Assembly: GCA_951406725.2 (NCBI GenBank)
Contig: OX597814.1
Span: 204,290,001 to 204,354,000 of the forward strand
Length of the DNA stretch: 64,000 nucleotides
DNA from: Octopus vulgaris
Lineage: Eukaryota
Reading direction: 5' to 3'
In this document: in pieces, positions 15,071 through 29,599 of the stretch
How positions within the stretch are numbered: the first letter of the stretch is position 1
Layout of the letters: each line of letters starts with the position of its first letter
Translations under genes and position numbers: made by a program
The notes under the pieces: generated by a model
The model's database searches: none
Seen by the model: the letters and a program-made list of their open reading frames with translations, nothing else
What the model was told of the DNA's origin: nothing

Positions 15071-16830
15071 TAACTTAGAATAACTTAGAAAGGTTTTGGC
15101 CAGTATTAGCCCAGGCCATGTCTAACTTAATAGCACCACCTGGCGAAGTCTTTCAGTTCAGGATTTGGGCACCAAGGCCCATTCGAGCAGAGAGTTATTG
15201 TTTGCGGAGACATATCCGGGTGTGGGTGGTTTGTCCGGTACTGTTTGAAGGAATTTGTCCAAAGACTTCTTGAATTTTGTGTGGTCAGTTTCTTTTTTGA
15301 CGTGCCCTGGTGTAATGTTGAAGAGAGCAGGTCCAATTGAGGTGAAATAGTTGTGCCGTATTGTCGTTATGTGATGCGATTTAGATTTTTGTTGTGGATG
15401 GATGGCACGTGGTCCAAGCCTTGGATGCATTTTGAAGGTGATGCCAACATCATTCGGACAGTGCTGGTGGAATATTTTCCACATCATACAGATAATGTAG
15501 CGTTCACGGCGTCGTTGGAGTGAATACAATTTCAGCTTCTCTAGTCTACCCCAGTAGTCAAGGTCTGACATGCCATCTATCTTTTTTGTGATTGACCTTT
15601 GGGGAGCTTCAATTCTCATAATATTTTGTTTTGTGTAGGGAGACCACAGTGGACAGCAGTACTCAAGGTGGGGTCAGGCAAAAGTAGAGAAGAGAAGGAT
15701 AATACCGTGAGAATCTCTCGACTGGAAGGTTCTGAGAATCCAGGAACACATTCTGCGGGCCATGTCAACTTTGCTGCTTATATGTGTAGCCCAGCTTATG
15801 TTGTTGTCCACTGTTACTCCCAGGTCTCTGATGTTGTTGGATGCCATGAGAATTTCTCCAGAAGGAAGAGAGTATGGGAGTTTCAGAGTGTCCTCCCTTC
15901 CAAAGTGGATCATTTCAAATTTGTCTTCATTTAGCAACATGTTATTCTTTTCCGCCCATTGGACAACAGCCAGTAGGTCTGACTGAAGGTTTATTCGGTC
16001 ATCCATGCCATTGATGACCTTCTGGAGCTTGGAATCATCAGCGAAGGTTCTGATGTTACTGTGTTTGATGGTGTCAGTAATATCATTTATGTAGATGATG
16101 AAGAGAAGTGGGCCCAACACAGTGCCTTGTGGGACACCACTGCTGACTTTGGCTGGGCTGGATTTGACTCCTTCGACTACAACATGTTGGGTTCTGTTAG
16201 ACAGGAAGCACTTGATCCACTGCAGCAGCTTTCCAGTGACACCAATATTGGACAGCTTTCTCAGAAGGATCTTATGATCAACCCTGTCAAAGGCCTTGCT
16301 GAAATCAAGGTAGATGACATCAGTGTTGGAACCTTCTCCCAAGGCTCTCAAAATGTCATCAAAATGATGCAGTAGCTGCGTCAGGCAATCTCTCCCATTA
16401 CGGAATCCATGCTGGTTGGGGTTCAGCATATTATGACTCTCAAGGAAGTGAGTCATACGCGATCTCAGCACCCTCTCAAATACCTTGATGATATGAGAGG
16501 TGAGTGAGATTGGACGGTAATACACGGCAAGCGATTTGTTTCCTTTTTTGAAAACTGGGACAACAGACTGGGATAGTAGGTTTTCTGGTATATATCCAGC
16601 ATCCAGTGAGTTCCGCCACAGATTGGCTAGAGGGGGTGCAAGTTGGTTTTGACACATCTTCAAGACACAAGCAGGGAACCTATCGGGACCTACTGCTGAA
16701 TTATGCTTCATTTCCGTTATTGCTGCTAAGACATCAGGAGCGCCAAATGTTATATCCGATAAAGTGTATTGGGGAGTAACATCACTGATACAGCCCAGAT
16801 CAGTCATATCAGGATTGCTGAAAACAGAGC
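15071..16830 (-). mobile_element. Young 5'-truncated CR1/L2(Jockey)-group LINE, RT plus C-terminus and 3'UTR
   Basis: RT motifs [55 protein letters not shown]; C-terminal SLQRRRERY and LQTVPDKP. The frame is broken only by one TGA at 15674-15676 (likely CGA>TGA). Tail TAACTTAGAA x2 on the + strand. Confidence 0.93.
15158..16800 (-). pseudogene. Reverse transcriptase ORF2 fragment of the CR1-group LINE (one nonsense codon)
   Basis: ORFs 15674-17386 (real part from about 16800) and 15158-15619 are in the same frame. Confidence 0.9.
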
Positions 16831-16866
16831 AATATATATATATAGAGAGAGAGAGCTGAAAACAGA

Positions 16867-16989
<123 letters not shown>

Positions 16990-17262
16990 TATATACACAT
17001 ATATATATATATACATATATATATACACATATATATATACACATATATATATACACATATATATATACATATATATATATACACATATATATATACACAT
17101 ATATATATACACATATATATATACATATATATATATACACATATATATATACACATATATATATATACACATATATATATACACATATATATATATAAAT
17201 ACACATATATATATATACACATATATATATACACATATATATATACACATATATATATACAC

Positions 17263-17295
<33 letters not shown>

Positions 17296-17318
17296 CATAT
17301 ACATACATATATATATAT

Positions 17319-20280
17319 TTTTTGATTTTGATTTTGATTTTTCCAGTTTCAGCTAATGAGCTGTGGCCATGCTGGGGCACCGCCATTTGGTTTGCTACAC
17401 GATTTTACCTCACGAATGCTTTTTAGCAAACGCCATCTGATGCATGAGAGAGTTCGATGCAGCTGCCCTCATCTGCACCTCCTGCCATGAAGTTGGTTCA
17501 TCCGGGACACCTGACAGGAAGAGATCCAGTCCTACACAGGAAGAGATCCAGTCCTACACCAGGACAAGTCCTTCCAGGATCTTCCAGATATATATTATGG
17601 CATATCTTTCTCGCCTACGCTCCAGCTTTAATCTCTTGAGTCTTTCCCAGTAGCTCATATGCTGCACAGAGGCTATCTTCTTCGTGTAGCTTCGTTGGAT
17701 TGCCTCAAGTTCTGTGATCAACTTGACACTGGATGGTGACCATAGCTGAGAGCAATAGTCAAAGTGGCTTAGGACAAGTGTCTTCCAGAGGACCATCATG
17801 GTTTCTTGTTCTCTTGTTCTAAAGGTTCTAAGAATCCATCCATCCAGCCGTCTACATTTCATTGTCAGTTTAGCAACATGTACATGAAAGGTCGTGTCAT
17901 CACTCATGTGAATACCCAGGTCACACACTGATTGTGCCTTTGGGATTGCAATCCCTCCGGGTCCAGTGTATTCATTGGGTATTGCATTCAGTTTTGCATG
18001 CTGATAGTATAAAGCTTAAAACTTTTCAGCATTGAACTGCATGCTATTCTTTTCAGCCCACTTGTATATTTCGTCCAGCTCACATTGCAGGTGCTTAGTG
18101 TCTTCAGGGTTCTGTATTGCCTGTGAAACTTTTGTATCATCTGCATAACTTGTGATCGTGGCTCTCTGCGTGGCTGAGGGCATGTCTGAGAGGGCCATTA
18201 TGAACAGTAGTGGTCCCAAAACAGTGCCCTGCGGAACACCGCTCACTATTTGCGTGTTAATGGAAGTGGCCCCATTGGCTGCTACCACCTGACTTCTATT
18301 CTTCTGAAAGTCATGAAGCCATTCTCCCAATTTTCCAACTATGCCAAGATCACGCAGTTTGTGACATATCATTCGATGATCGACTTTATCAAAGGCCTTT
18401 GCAAAGTCGAGATATATGACTTCCACATTTGAGTGGTTGAGCAGTTGTTTCAGCACCCAGTCATAGTGTTGTAGGAGCTGAGTTAAGCAGCTTCTTCCTG
18501 GTCGGAAACCATGTTGGGTGTCAGGTAGCAAGTCATTTTCTTCAAGGAAGGTGATTAGTTTCCTTCTGACTATTTGTTCCATGACCTTGCTGATATGTGA
18601 GGTGAGTGAGATAGGTCTGTAGTTCTTGGCCTCCGCTCTGCTACCTCCTTTATGAATAGGGCATATTTTACCTTCCTTCAGTTTTCTTGGAAGTTTGCCA
18701 GCTGCAAGGAAGCTCTGAAAGAGGAACTGCAGTGGTCTTGCTAGGACTCTCTTACATACTTTTAGGAGGATTGCCGGGAATATATCGGGGCCAATAGCTG
18801 AGTCTGTTTTCATTTCATCTATAGCCTTTATTACATCATCTTCCTTTATATCGATGTAATTTATCGTCGCTGCCTCTGATTTTATATTTGCAGTGGTAAA
18901 GAAGTCAGTTGGATTGCTGATTTGGAAATGCCCAAGGGGTGGAGTGAAAACACTCTTGAATTGCTCATTCAGTATTTCACTTACCTTCATTGGATTTCCT
19001 GTGAGTGTGCCATCCTTTTCAAGGAGTGGCCCTATCCTACAGTGCACCGTAGCTGTTTCTTTGGCATACCTGTAGAAAGCTCTGGGGTTAGTTTTTATGT
19101 TGTCTATAGCCCAGGCTTCTTTGTCTGCTCTTTCCTTTTCATGGGAGAGTTGCAGACATTTTTCAATTTCCAATAGTTTTATTTTCAGGCGGGACTTTTC
19201 ACTGCTTTCGATTTGTTTGTTTAGGCGATTTGAAATTTTTGTACGCCGTCTCATTAAAATTTTCCTCTCTCTGGGGATTTTGTTCTTGTGTACAGTGGCC
19301 TTTCTCTCTGGGACACATTTGTAGCATATGGCTTGCATTACAGACATGAATTGTTGAAGTTTCATGTCGATGTCCGGCGAGGAGAGACATTCAGGCCAGT
19401 TTTGTTTGAGGATCTCTTTCTCAATTTGTTTCCAGTTTGCCTTATTGAAGTTCAAGCTGGAAAGATTCTGAGAGTTTCTTGTAGGCTGCATGCCCGTGCT
19501 CTCTTTTGGCCCGTACATGGTCAGCTTTACCATGTTGTGATCCGAGAGTAGTGTCGGTGTCACTTTCACATTATGGATGAGATCCATATTATTTGTGAAG
19601 CAGAGATCCAGTGTGTTACCTGCCCTGGTTGGTTGGAGTATTACTTGCTCCATGTACAGGGTGTTGATGAGGTTCAGGAGGGACCTCGCCTGTCCTCGTT
19701 CACATCTTGTCATTCCTGGGAGAGAAAGGCCCTCAGGCCATCTGACATTGGGTAGATTGAAGTCTCCCATGAGAAGTATACTTATGTGTTGTTCTAATGT
19801 GATTAGAACTTCTATTTCTATAAGGCAGTCTTCCAACTTGCCTACATGGCTTGGGGCATCTGGAGGGCGATATGTAGCACACAGAACTACATCAAGTTGC
19901 CTTATGTGTACAATTAGTGTGTCACACACCGAGTTTGAGTATGACAAAAGGACCTGGGGTGTGAGGTCCTCACGGATGTACATAGCAACTCCTCCATGAC
20001 TCCTTTCTTTTCTGTCGGTCCGTAGTACAACATACTGTGGTATGTGTAATTCCGCATCTGCTATGTCCGGTTTCAGGTGCGTTTCCGTAAGTGCTATGCA
20101 TAAGGCTTGATTGCATGCGACAAAGTCTCTCAGGAACGGGATTTTTGTCCTGTTACTGAGTGTTTGCAGTCCTCTGATGTTCAGTAGGAGCATCGAGGTG
20201 AGGTGTATGTTGTTGCCGGCAGTGTCCATCTTGGGTCTGTTTGCTGTGGTGGTCTTGTATATTGTGGGTAGTCCCACCTA
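17319..20280 (-). mobile_element. CR1/L2(Jockey)-group LINE with APE endonuclease and RT, lacking ORF1
   Basis: 753-aa ORF 18016-20277 with APE ([32 protein letters not shown]) and RT ([28 protein letters not shown]), then a frameshifted C-terminus 17554-17928 and VPDEP. The 3' end is GGCGGTGCCCCAGCATGGCCACAGCTC..CTGAAAC plus an (AAAATC)n tail. Confidence 0.93.
18016..20277 (-). CDS. APE-RT ORF2 of the LINE (disrupted near the C-terminus)
   Basis: Uninterrupted 753-codon frame with APE and RT motifs. Confidence 0.88.
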   Translation of the reverse strand: MGLPTIYKTTTANRPKMDTAGNNIHLTSMLLLNIRGLQTLSNRTKIPFLRDFVACNQALCIALTETHLKPDIADAELHIPQYVVLRTDRKERSHGGVAMYIREDLTPQVLLSYSNSVCDTLIVHIRQLDVVLCATYRPPDAPSHVGKLEDCLIEIEVLITLEQHISILLMGDFNLPNVRWPEGLSLPGMTRCERGQARSLLNLINTLYMEQVILQPTRAGNTLDLCFTNNMDLIHNVKVTPTLLSDHNMVKLTMYGPKESTGMQPTRNSQNLSSLNFNKANWKQIEKEILKQNWPECLSSPDIDMKLQQFMSVMQAICYKCVPERKATVHKNKIPRERKILMRRRTKISNRLNKQIESSEKSRLKIKLLEIEKCLQLSHEKERADKEAWAIDNIKTNPRAFYRYAKETATVHCRIGPLLEKDGTLTGNPMKVSEILNEQFKSVFTPPLGHFQISNPTDFFTTANIKSEAATINYIDIKEDDVIKAIDEMKTDSAIGPDIFPAILLKVCKRVLARPLQFLFQSFLAAGKLPRKLKEGKICPIHKGGSRAEAKNYRPISLTSHISKVMEQIVRRKLITFLEENDLLPDTQHGFRPGRSCLTQLLQHYDWVLKQLLNHSNVEVIYLDFAKAFDKVDHRMICHKLRDLGIVGKLGEWLHDFQKNRSQVVAANGATSINTQIVSGVPQGTVLGPLLFIMALSDMPSATQRATITSYADDTKVSQAIQNPEDTKHLQCELDEIYKWAEKNSMQFNAEKF

Positions 20281-20457
20281 CACATATATATATATATACA
20301 CACACATATATATATATATACACACACACATATATATATATATATAAATATATATACATATATACATATATATAGACACACACATATATATATATATACA
20401 CACACACACACATATATATACACACATATATATATATATATACACACATATATATAT

Positions 20458-20502
<45 letters not shown>

Positions 20503-20546
20503 TATATATACACACATATATATATATATATATACACACATATATG

Positions 20547-20884
20547 TGAAGGTGCATGGCTCAGTGGTTAGAGCGTCGAGCTTACGATCGTGAGGTTGTG
20601 AGCTCGAATCCCGGACCGGGCTGCGTGTTGTGTTCTTGAGCAAGGCACTTTATTTCACGTTGCTCCAGTTCACTCAGCTGTAGAAATGAGTTGCGATGTC
20701 ACTGGTGCCAAGCTGTATCGAACTTTGTCTTTCCCTTGGATAACACTGGTGGTGTGGAGAGGGGAGGCTGGTATGCATGGGCGACTGCTGGTCTTCCATA
20801 AACAACCTTGCCCGGACTTGTGTCTAGGAGGGTAACTTTCTAGGTGCAATCCCATGGTCATTCATGACCGAAGGGGGTCTTTAC
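20547..20884 (+). mobile_element. Apparently full-length tRNA-derived SINE flanked by TA/CA arrays
   Basis: A box TGGCTCAGTGG, B-box-like GCTCGAATCC, core TTGAGCAAGGCACTTTATTTCAC...CACTCAGCTG; CpG retained, suggesting a young copy. Confidence 0.85.
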
Positions 20885-21064
20885 ACACATATATATATAT
20901 ATATACACACACACACATATATATATATATATACACACATACACATATATATATATATACACACACACACATATATATATATACACACACACACATATAT
21001 ATATACACACACATATATATATACACACACACACATATATATATACACACACACATATATATAT

Positions 21065-21106
<42 letters not shown>

Positions 21107-21148
21107 CAAGTCAAATTGCGATAAAATAAAATTAATAATTATCGCTGG

Positions 21149-21189
<41 letters not shown>

Positions 21190-21191
<2 letters not shown>

Positions 21192-21465
21192 ATGGAACAG
21201 CCTGCTCATGAAATTAATGTGCAAGTGGTTGAGTACTCCATGGACACATGTACCCTTAACAAAGTTTTTAGGGAGAGGTAGCATGACACAGAGTGTGACA
21301 AGGTTGACCCTTTGAAATACAGGTACTACTCATTTTTGCCAGCTGAGTGGAGTGGAGCAACATGAAAAAGTGTCTTATTCAAAGACACAATGCATCACCA
21401 GGAATTGAACTCACGACCATACGATCATGAGCTGAATATCCTGACCACTAAGCCACATGTCTTTA
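21190..21465 (-). mobile_element. tRNA-derived SINE (same head and core, different tail); related copies at 52350-52707 and about 54160-54305
   Basis: Reverse complement has TGGCTTAGTGGTCAGG, GAGTTCAATTCC and TGTGTCTTTGAATAAGACACTT; the shared tail AACAGCCTGCTCATGAAATTAA..GCAAGTGG..GTACCCTTAA also occurs at 52384-52446. Confidence 0.8.
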
Positions 21466-21608
21466 AACACACACATATGTATATATATATATACATGCAC
21501 ACACACACAGACACATACACATATATAAATATATATAAATGTATGTATATATATATGTATATGTGTGTGTGTGTGTGTGTGCGCACGCATATGTGTATGT
21601 GTGGGTGG

Positions 21609-21665
<57 letters not shown>

Positions 21666-22007
21666 GTACATATGTATATAAATATGATAGTGTTACATAA
21701 CTTTATTAAAAGTTATGATCATTTCAATAGCTTGTGAAACCATTTCATCCATTGGCACATTGGTTTGTAGATATATAAATTAGGAAAATTCAAATAATTA
21801 GTATATTAATGAACTGAGTTATCACCTGCCATCCCATCTAGCCTCTTAAAGTTACTGTCGTACCTTTTTAGAATTGCCGACAAATATATTAAGAAATGTT
21901 ATTTTGCAGAGTTATGAAATAAACAGCAACTTTCACTCCATCCAAGATATTTCAGTATTAAAACATGCTGTGTGGAGCAGATACTCTCTGTTTAATTTTT
22001 AACTCTG

Positions 22008-22345
22008 ATTGACCCCAGTACTTGACTGGTATTTCATTTCATCAATCTCAAAAGGATGAAAGGCAAGGTTAACCTAGGCAGGATTTGAACTCAGAACTTA
22101 AAGAGCTAAAAGAAATGTCACTAATATCTAATGTGCTAACAATTCTGCTTGCAAAAAACAATAATAGTTCTTTCAAATTGCTTGCACAAAGCCAGCAATT
22201 TTTTTTACTGGTATTTTAGCTTATTTATTCTAGCGGGATGAAAGACAAAGTCAACATCAGCTGATTTTGATCTCAGAAAGTTATGAGTCAGAATATTGCT
22301 AGGCATTTTGCCTGACACTCTAACAAATGACGCCTGCTCGTCATT
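22008..22345 (-). mobile_element. Two tandem decayed copies of a second SINE family (others at 31340-31545 -, 34595-34785 -, 50710-50825 +, 63155-63320 +)
   Basis: Shared core GGATGAAAGGCAAAGTCAACCTCGG..GAATTTGAACTCAGAA, whose reverse complement GTTCCGAGTTCAAATTCCGCTGAGGTCGACTTTGTCTTTCATCC is seen at 63166. Confidence 0.8.
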
Positions 22346-23213
22346 TAGCAATAATATTAATATCTCCTTAGCATTAAGCTATTGTGCAACAAATATTTAG
22401 TGAAAAGTCAAGCAAATAAAATTTTTAAGTATTAATTTTCAAGTATAGCGTGCGTTTTTTTTATCTGCAATCCACTGTTTTCAGATTATTCCAGTTTATT
22501 TTTATTATTATTAGCAATAGTAATAACAACAATAACAATAGCTTCAGTCTTTACAAACATGCCATCTGTAAAACGAAAGTTGTTCTCCCTAAATCCATTG
22601 CTATGTTTAAGATTCTTGCAAAAGGGAAGCTACATTAAATCAAAGGAATGATTATGCATTCTTCTGATTAAGTCAGGTGGCACTGTAACCAAGGTAAAAC
22701 ATTTGCCTTTAGTTTAACTCATAATACAGTCACACACATATACACAAATACACACACAGAGTTATGCATGCACAATAATATACACATAGTTACACATGTG
22801 CATGCACTCACACACATATTTAGAAATGGCTCAACTTCAATGTACCTTGTTCAAGTAACCCTATATCCACAAAAATAACTGATTACGATTAACAAAGTGA
22901 GACAAATTCTCTGCTGCTCCATAAGATAAAAGGATTGTGATCATAATGGTATTTCCTTCTTCCAAAATTCTGAGACTCTGTTCTTCCCAAATTGGTTTTC
23001 ATTCTCACTAAATGCCACAATGTCTCTTTTATCTATTTGACTCTGAATACTGAAATACATTTATTTCAAAGCTTCTTGTATTTCCCTAACCTGATAATGA
23101 AGCAATATAACAGATACACACACACACACAATGCACATATACATGCATATATAGATACATACACACATATACATATATATATATATATAATACATATACA
23201 TATACACACAGAA

Positions 23214-23266
<53 letters not shown>

Positions 23267-23631
23267 AATAATGATACACACTAGTTTACATTAAAGTTCT
23301 TTCATGCTTTTCCCCATTATGGTTGTATGGAGCCCTGAGATAGATGGTCCAAATGAAAATAGATCTTCAACCACAATGGATCCTCAAGGAACACTTTCAT
23401 AGTGAAACACACGCAGGAATTTTAATATAAACTTGTGTTTATTCTTATTTTTCCTACATTTGTTCTGTAGCACAAAGCTAGAAATAGTACTCAATATAAA
23501 AGTTACTCCACAATTATACAGAAAGCGGACTGGATTATGATGATGTATGTGGAGCTCTAAACATAACAGTAGCAATCATACATCTACTTGCACACACAAT
23601 TTCTACTTTATATGTGCATATATGTATGTAA

Positions 23632-23734
23632 TTGTTTAGTTTATTTCAAGATTTCTTACCAATAGAGAAAGAGCTGGTTTCTAACCTAGATTCAAGGCTC
23701 CTTCATTGGAATTTCAATATCAACACAGTATTTT

Positions 23735-23735
<1 letters not shown>
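23632..23735 (+). repeat. Short (~100 bp) interspersed repeat; inverted copy at 56360-56468
   Basis: CCAATAGAGAAAGAGCTGGTTTCTAACCTAGATTCAAGGCTCCTTCATTGGAATTTCAATATCAAC matches the reverse complement at 56371-56440; both copies end in microsatellites. Confidence 0.8.
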
Positions 23736-23772
<37 letters not shown>

Positions 23773-24139
23773 CATATATGTATGTACACATGTATGTATG
23801 TATGTATGTATATATGTTCAGATTTGTGTTTTATGTATGTATTCTCATGCATATAGTTGCATATCTAGACATGCTCATATATATATTTAAATGATAAACT
23901 TCTGGAAAGTTTTACAGATTTTTACAGTTCCAGTGATGGACTGGATCTGTAGTCTTTGAATTGTATGCATGTATGTATGTATTATTTTCACAAGGAAAAG
24001 ATTGATAGTGACTTTGAAGTTACAGCTTAGTCCTCTTTGAAAAGTCTGACTACAGTGACTAAGTTGAAATTTCAAAGGTCACTGTCAGCATTTTCTGAGT
24101 AAAGGTCAAAGTATATGTGGTAGTCTGCCTAAAATGAAT

Positions 24140-24490
24140 GCTCTTCTCATGTACGACATAATGCCAAAGGTCTCAATCATTGCCTCCAAAAGGTCCAACA
24201 CTTGAAAGGAACTCAGCCACTTTGTCTCCATGAGGCCCAACTCTCGAAAGGAACTCACCTCCATGAGGTCCAATGCTCGAAAGGAACTCAGCCACTTTGC
24301 CTCCATGAGGCCCAATGCTCAAAAGGTGCTCTTTATGTACCACTGGCATGGGTGCCAGTTACATGACACCAGCATCAGTCATCACTACGATTTCACTTGG
24401 CTTGACAGGTCTTCTCAAACACAGCATATCGCCAAAGGTCTCGGTCGCTGGTCATTGCCTCTGTGAGGCTCATAGTTTGAAGATCAAAGA
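24140..24490 (-). mobile_element. RTE 3'-end remnant with an internal ~41-bp tandem amplification
   Basis: GAAAGGAACTCAGCCACTTTG(T)CTCCATGAGGCCCAA repeated 3-4 times, flanked by RTE 3'UTR motifs; similar repeats at 43620-43920. Confidence 0.75.
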
Positions 24491-25784
24491 TCGAAGATAC
24501 ATATATAAATATATAAATATATATATATTATCATCATCATCATTTAACGTCCATTCTCCATGCTGACTTGGGTTGGAAGGTTTGGCAGAAGCTGGCCTGC
24601 TGAAGAGCTGCCCAGGCCCCACATCTATCTTACTAGTTACTAAGTAATTCAAAGGCCTATAGTTTCAAGCCTGCTGCAAAAGTTAGTAAGTGCTATGCAC
24701 GAAACTCTTGACTATTGAGTCACTTTGTAACATGTGACAATTAAAAGCATGATTTCAATTCTAATTTTCTTGTTTGTATTACCAAACCTACATATGCGTG
24801 TGTGTGAGCATGCATGTGTGTGCTTGTGTATGTCAATGAGCACACACACACACATATAATACAATGAATAAATATTACTACTATTCTATACCTAAATTCC
24901 AAGCTTAATTCTTCTTTCATTTGTCGTGATTCAAGAGAAGGTTTTCCACTTGAATATCAGTTTTGTTTCAGTTTTCTTCATTTGTACCATTGTTTTGGTA
25001 ATTTCCATTTTACTATTTGCATGAGAAAATGTCAAAGAAGATGTCAGGAAGTAGGCTTCCATGCATGAACATACATTGACACAGACATACGTATCTGTAA
25101 TGACAGTCTTTATACACAATTATTTCTTTTTACTTAGATGATTGTTGTTATCCATCAAGTCCAATGATGACAAGTTTCTCTAGCATTTACAAATCCTGTT
25201 GGGAATAAACATTCCAATATTTGATGGGACATGCAAATGTATGATTGAATAGTATGTATGTATGTGCATTGCTTTTTATGTTTATTTTTAGATATATATT
25301 TATATATATTTTTATTCATAAGTCCTTCAGTGGTGGGAAGGTAGTAAAGCATGCAGACCTGACAGGTTGGAAGCATGTAGCCAGCAACCTGCATGTAGGC
25401 AGCCCATGTTAGATACAAAGTTGTCTCCTTGTCACCCAAGATAACAATGGGATTCAGTTCCTGCATGGGTGTCTGAGCAGCTCCATTTGGGGAGGGCACT
25501 ACTTACCCAGAGGCCAGGTAGATTCTAGAAAAGGTGAACCAAAAATTGCCTGTCTTTCCCTATCTGGTTAGTTTAGCACAACTGACGGATGTCCATCCTG
25601 CGCTTGAAAAGCAATGAGAATACTTATAAGATCTGGTTGGAACTTGAATATTTCATGTTGGAATGTGCACATGTAATTTGAATTTATGTGTGTGTGTGAA
25701 TGTATTTATGTGTGTGTGTGTGTGTGTGTATGAATGTATGTATGTATATGTGTGTGTGTGTATATATACATATACAATTATGAT

Positions 25785-25832
<48 letters not shown>

Positions 25833-26335
25833 GTATATCAGATCACTATATGTGTGAAAGATATCAGATCACTATATGTGTGAAAGATATCAGATCACTG
25901 TGTGTGTGTGTGCGCGTGCGTATGTGTGTGTATCTGATGCACATGAACACACCATATATTCAATATACATATAAATAGCCTAAACATAGAATATTGATAG
26001 AAACATTTCTTCTATGACTGTGATCTTAGATTTCATGCAAGCATTCATTTCTCAATGAGATGGAAAACAAATTTTTGTATGTTGATAAATCTATTTTGTT
26101 CACTTGGGAGGGTCAAAGTTACCATATTGTGAACAAAGAATATAAATGATAAAATTGAAATTGTACTCATCTCATTGTACAATAAAATTATCAACTGGAG
26201 TTGAAGAAATGTTTACATCAGTATTTGAGGTGTCGTTATTCCTACATGAATATTGAATGTAAAATATACATATGCTTCAAATCAATATGTGATATACTCT
26301 GCATACCTTATACAGACAAGTACTGAACACTTCAC

Positions 26336-26389
<54 letters not shown>

Positions 26390-26901
26390 CACAGGTGATG
26401 TTACTAGAATGACTGTATGGGAAGAATTTTGCTTCCCAACCACATGGTTCAAAGTTGGACAAAATAGTGAAAAATGATCTTCAGATATTGAACCTCACGA
26501 AGGAAATGATAAATGCTTGAGATGATTGGTAATTTGCTATACTTGAGAAGACCTGTCCAGCTAAGTAAAATATGGGTCATATATGTCCATGTCCATGCAC
26601 ACCCCTAACAACCAATCTTCCTAACACCTTCCCCAATCCCTCATCCAAGTTCACCACTTTTTAAATTCCCCTCCCTTCTATTTCCCACTCTCCTTTTGCA
26701 TCCCTGTGAACCTACCTGCTCACAATGTATCTCTGTTGAATCTTTTCCCTGCAACATATCCTTCTAAAACTGTCTTTTTCTATTTGTATCCACTCACTAC
26801 ATTCTCTCCCTTCCACTTCCCACTCTCCTTTCACAATATCACAAACCCACCCACCCATTCAGCCTACCCAATTCTTGGTTTCACTTCACATATATACATA
26901 C

Positions 26902-26936
<35 letters not shown>

Positions 26937-28784
26937 CACCACCCTGTAACTCCTTCACCATCATTTCTCCCCTCTCTCCCTGCTTCCCCTTTCTCTCTCT
27001 TCCCTGCTAAGATAGCCATGTATCTCCTTTATTGCAAGACACCTATTTCGGTCCCTCTATTCATACTCTAACTACTCGTCATCTGGCACCAAACCACCTC
27101 CCTTAATACCCCTCAGGAGGAGGGAGAGGAGGAGGAGGAGGGGGAAGAAGAGGAGGAAAAAAGGCTGATGATGTGTGTGTGTGCATGTGCATGTATGTGT
27201 GCATGTGTGTGTTGTGCATGTGTGCCTGCATATAAGTGTGAGTATGTGTGTCAGTGGATGGATGGATGTATAATGTGTATATATAAAATATGCTTTTCAT
27301 TCTCATTTCAATTAAATCTAGGCAAAAAATAAGGGAATGCCCATTGTTCTCTCAGATGATCAAGAATGGTAAGTCTTCCAACTGAAAGCCTTCAAAGATG
27401 TAAGGCCCTCATAGAATTACTCCAGCACTATTTCATCCCAACAAAACCAAATTCAATGTTTCTGGCTACTTATCATTTTATTAGGTAGAAAAATACTTCT
27501 AACTTCTGTACAAACAATAAATTTGTAAGTAAAGGAAATAATAAATTGAAATAACTCCAGTATACAGCAGACACTTATTTTTATCAACTCCAGAAGAATG
27601 ACAATCGAATAAATGAATCCTAATATATTTGAACTCAGAAAGTGATCAACCCTATCTCTCCCTCACTACCCTACATTTGCAAAAATAATTTGATATTTTA
27701 AAATTTCTTCACATCAAACTTCTAATGAACATTTTCCCCAAAATTGAAACAGTGTTTCAAAATTTAAAAGTAATTCTAAATAAAAACTATGCATGTCACA
27801 AATTGTACTTAATAATAATTATCAATTCCAATTATAACAAGTTAAAACTAATTATGGATGGCATTGATTAAAATTATTCAATTAAAAATGTACCAATTTG
27901 GCTTCAATGAAAAAAAGTAAAAAGTGAAGCAAAATAACTGTTTTGCATAAAACCTCAAATATTAGAGGAGACGTGCCAGCACAGCTTGTGTGTCTACAAA
28001 GTACACTTCTCAGCCTTGAGGTTTTGGGTTCAGTTCCACTGCACTTTGCATGAAAATCAATGAGCTGCACCTGACAATGCTTGTTAATATATAATTAACA
28101 TTTTGATTGCAGCTCCTACTAGTAATCACCTTAAACATTTCCCCAAAATTAAAACAGTGTTTCAAAATTTAACAATAATTATCAATTCCAATTATAACAA
28201 GTTTATATTTATTTATGCAACTATATATAGATATGTTGTTAGGGACGAAACTACATCCTATTCTACCTACTCCTGCCCTACTTTTGGTCAACTTGTATCT
28301 CTCAGGTATTTACATAAGATTTTTGCTTGTTTGGGATTTGTATTTCAACCTTATCTGAAGACTTGTTCAGTATAATAAAAAAACTCTATGTAAATTCCAT
28401 TTATAAATTGCATTTATAATATAACATCATCGATTACCAAACATAGAAACATACATAACAGATGAAATAAAGAAAAGCCAAACTCATGTTTCATGTTTTT
28501 CTCTCATTGTGTGTGTGGGGGGGGTATGTGTGTGTGCATGTGTGTGTGTGTGTGTGTTAGTGTATGTGTGCATGCGTGCGTGTACATGACTGTTTTAGTT
28601 TAGTCTACCAAATCCACTCTCAAGGCTTTGGTTGACTCAAAACTATGGCAGAAGACACCAAGGTATCATGCAGTAGGACTGAACTTGAAATCATGTGGTT
28701 GAGGAAGAATGTTTTTAACCTCACAGCCATACCTGTGCCTAATAAATATATTTGTTTATAAGTATACACATAATATATGATGTA

Positions 28785-29206
28785 TATATAATGTTGCTGT
28801 CAGTGGCACATAGTTATATAGTAGCTTTGTGTGTATATACACTTCTTGTCTCTTTAGAATTACTGATTGAACAAACCAACCATTTCTGCAGCATTCCTTT
28901 CTGTGACCATTCAATCTGTATTATGAAGAATGTAAATAATGCAAAACAAACTGTGGTCCCACGAAAAGGATGGTTTTCCTTTTGGATGAGTCAATAAGGA
29001 AAATGGCCTTTTTCATGGGACCAGTTTGTTTTACATTCTTAAATTGTTTGAGAGTATTCTTCATAAAATAGATTGAATGGTCACTGGAAGAAATGCTGCA
29101 GAAATGGTTTGTTCAATCAGTATACATAATTTCTATGAGGAAAGTAGAACTATATACACACAGAGCTAACACACAATTATGTGCCATTGACACCAACATA
29201 TAACAT
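28785..29206. repeat. Long imperfect palindrome (fold-back / MITE-like), arms about 200 bp
   Basis: For example TACTGATTGAACAAACCAACCATTTCTGCAGCATT versus AATGCTGCAGAAATGGTTTGTTCAATCAGTA, and GTCAGTGGCACATA versus TATGTGCCATTGAC; centre near 28990. Confidence 0.9.
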
Positions 29207-29599
29207 GGTTTTGCATACAATTAATAGACATCAAAGTATAAAAACTTCTATGTTTGATAGTATTTTCGAAAAGAAATCTCCTTTGATTAATTCACAGTAT
29301 TAGCTAATTACATATAAAAGGTGTGACTGTATTTTTAACTGGCATTTTTTTTTTTTTTTCACAATCTGCAAGAACGCGAAAGGTTGGCTGCAATGTGTTA
29401 TTCAAATAGTAAGAATATTCCATTTGAAACAGCTTCCATTAATAATTTCTGATAATGCCATTCACACCATTATTAATGCTTGGACAATAAAAGCCAATAG
29501 AATGTTTTCTTTCTTTTTTTCATAACATTCTTTTTTCATATCTTTATTTTATATCTTATTGCAATATATTATCTTTATATCTTGTTATATTAAACTGTA

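Noticed and set aside
20547-20620. Possible tRNA gene
   Set aside because: No intact cloverleaf, and it continues into a SINE core and tail, so it is a SINE head
24891-25195. Minus-strand exon-like segments with plausible splice signals
   Set aside because: All frames tested contain stops; cannot be supported as coding
27728-28205. Local direct duplication (also 2461-2541 and 25836-25900)
   Set aside because: Short AT-rich tandem or dispersed duplications with no structure beyond ordinary slippage
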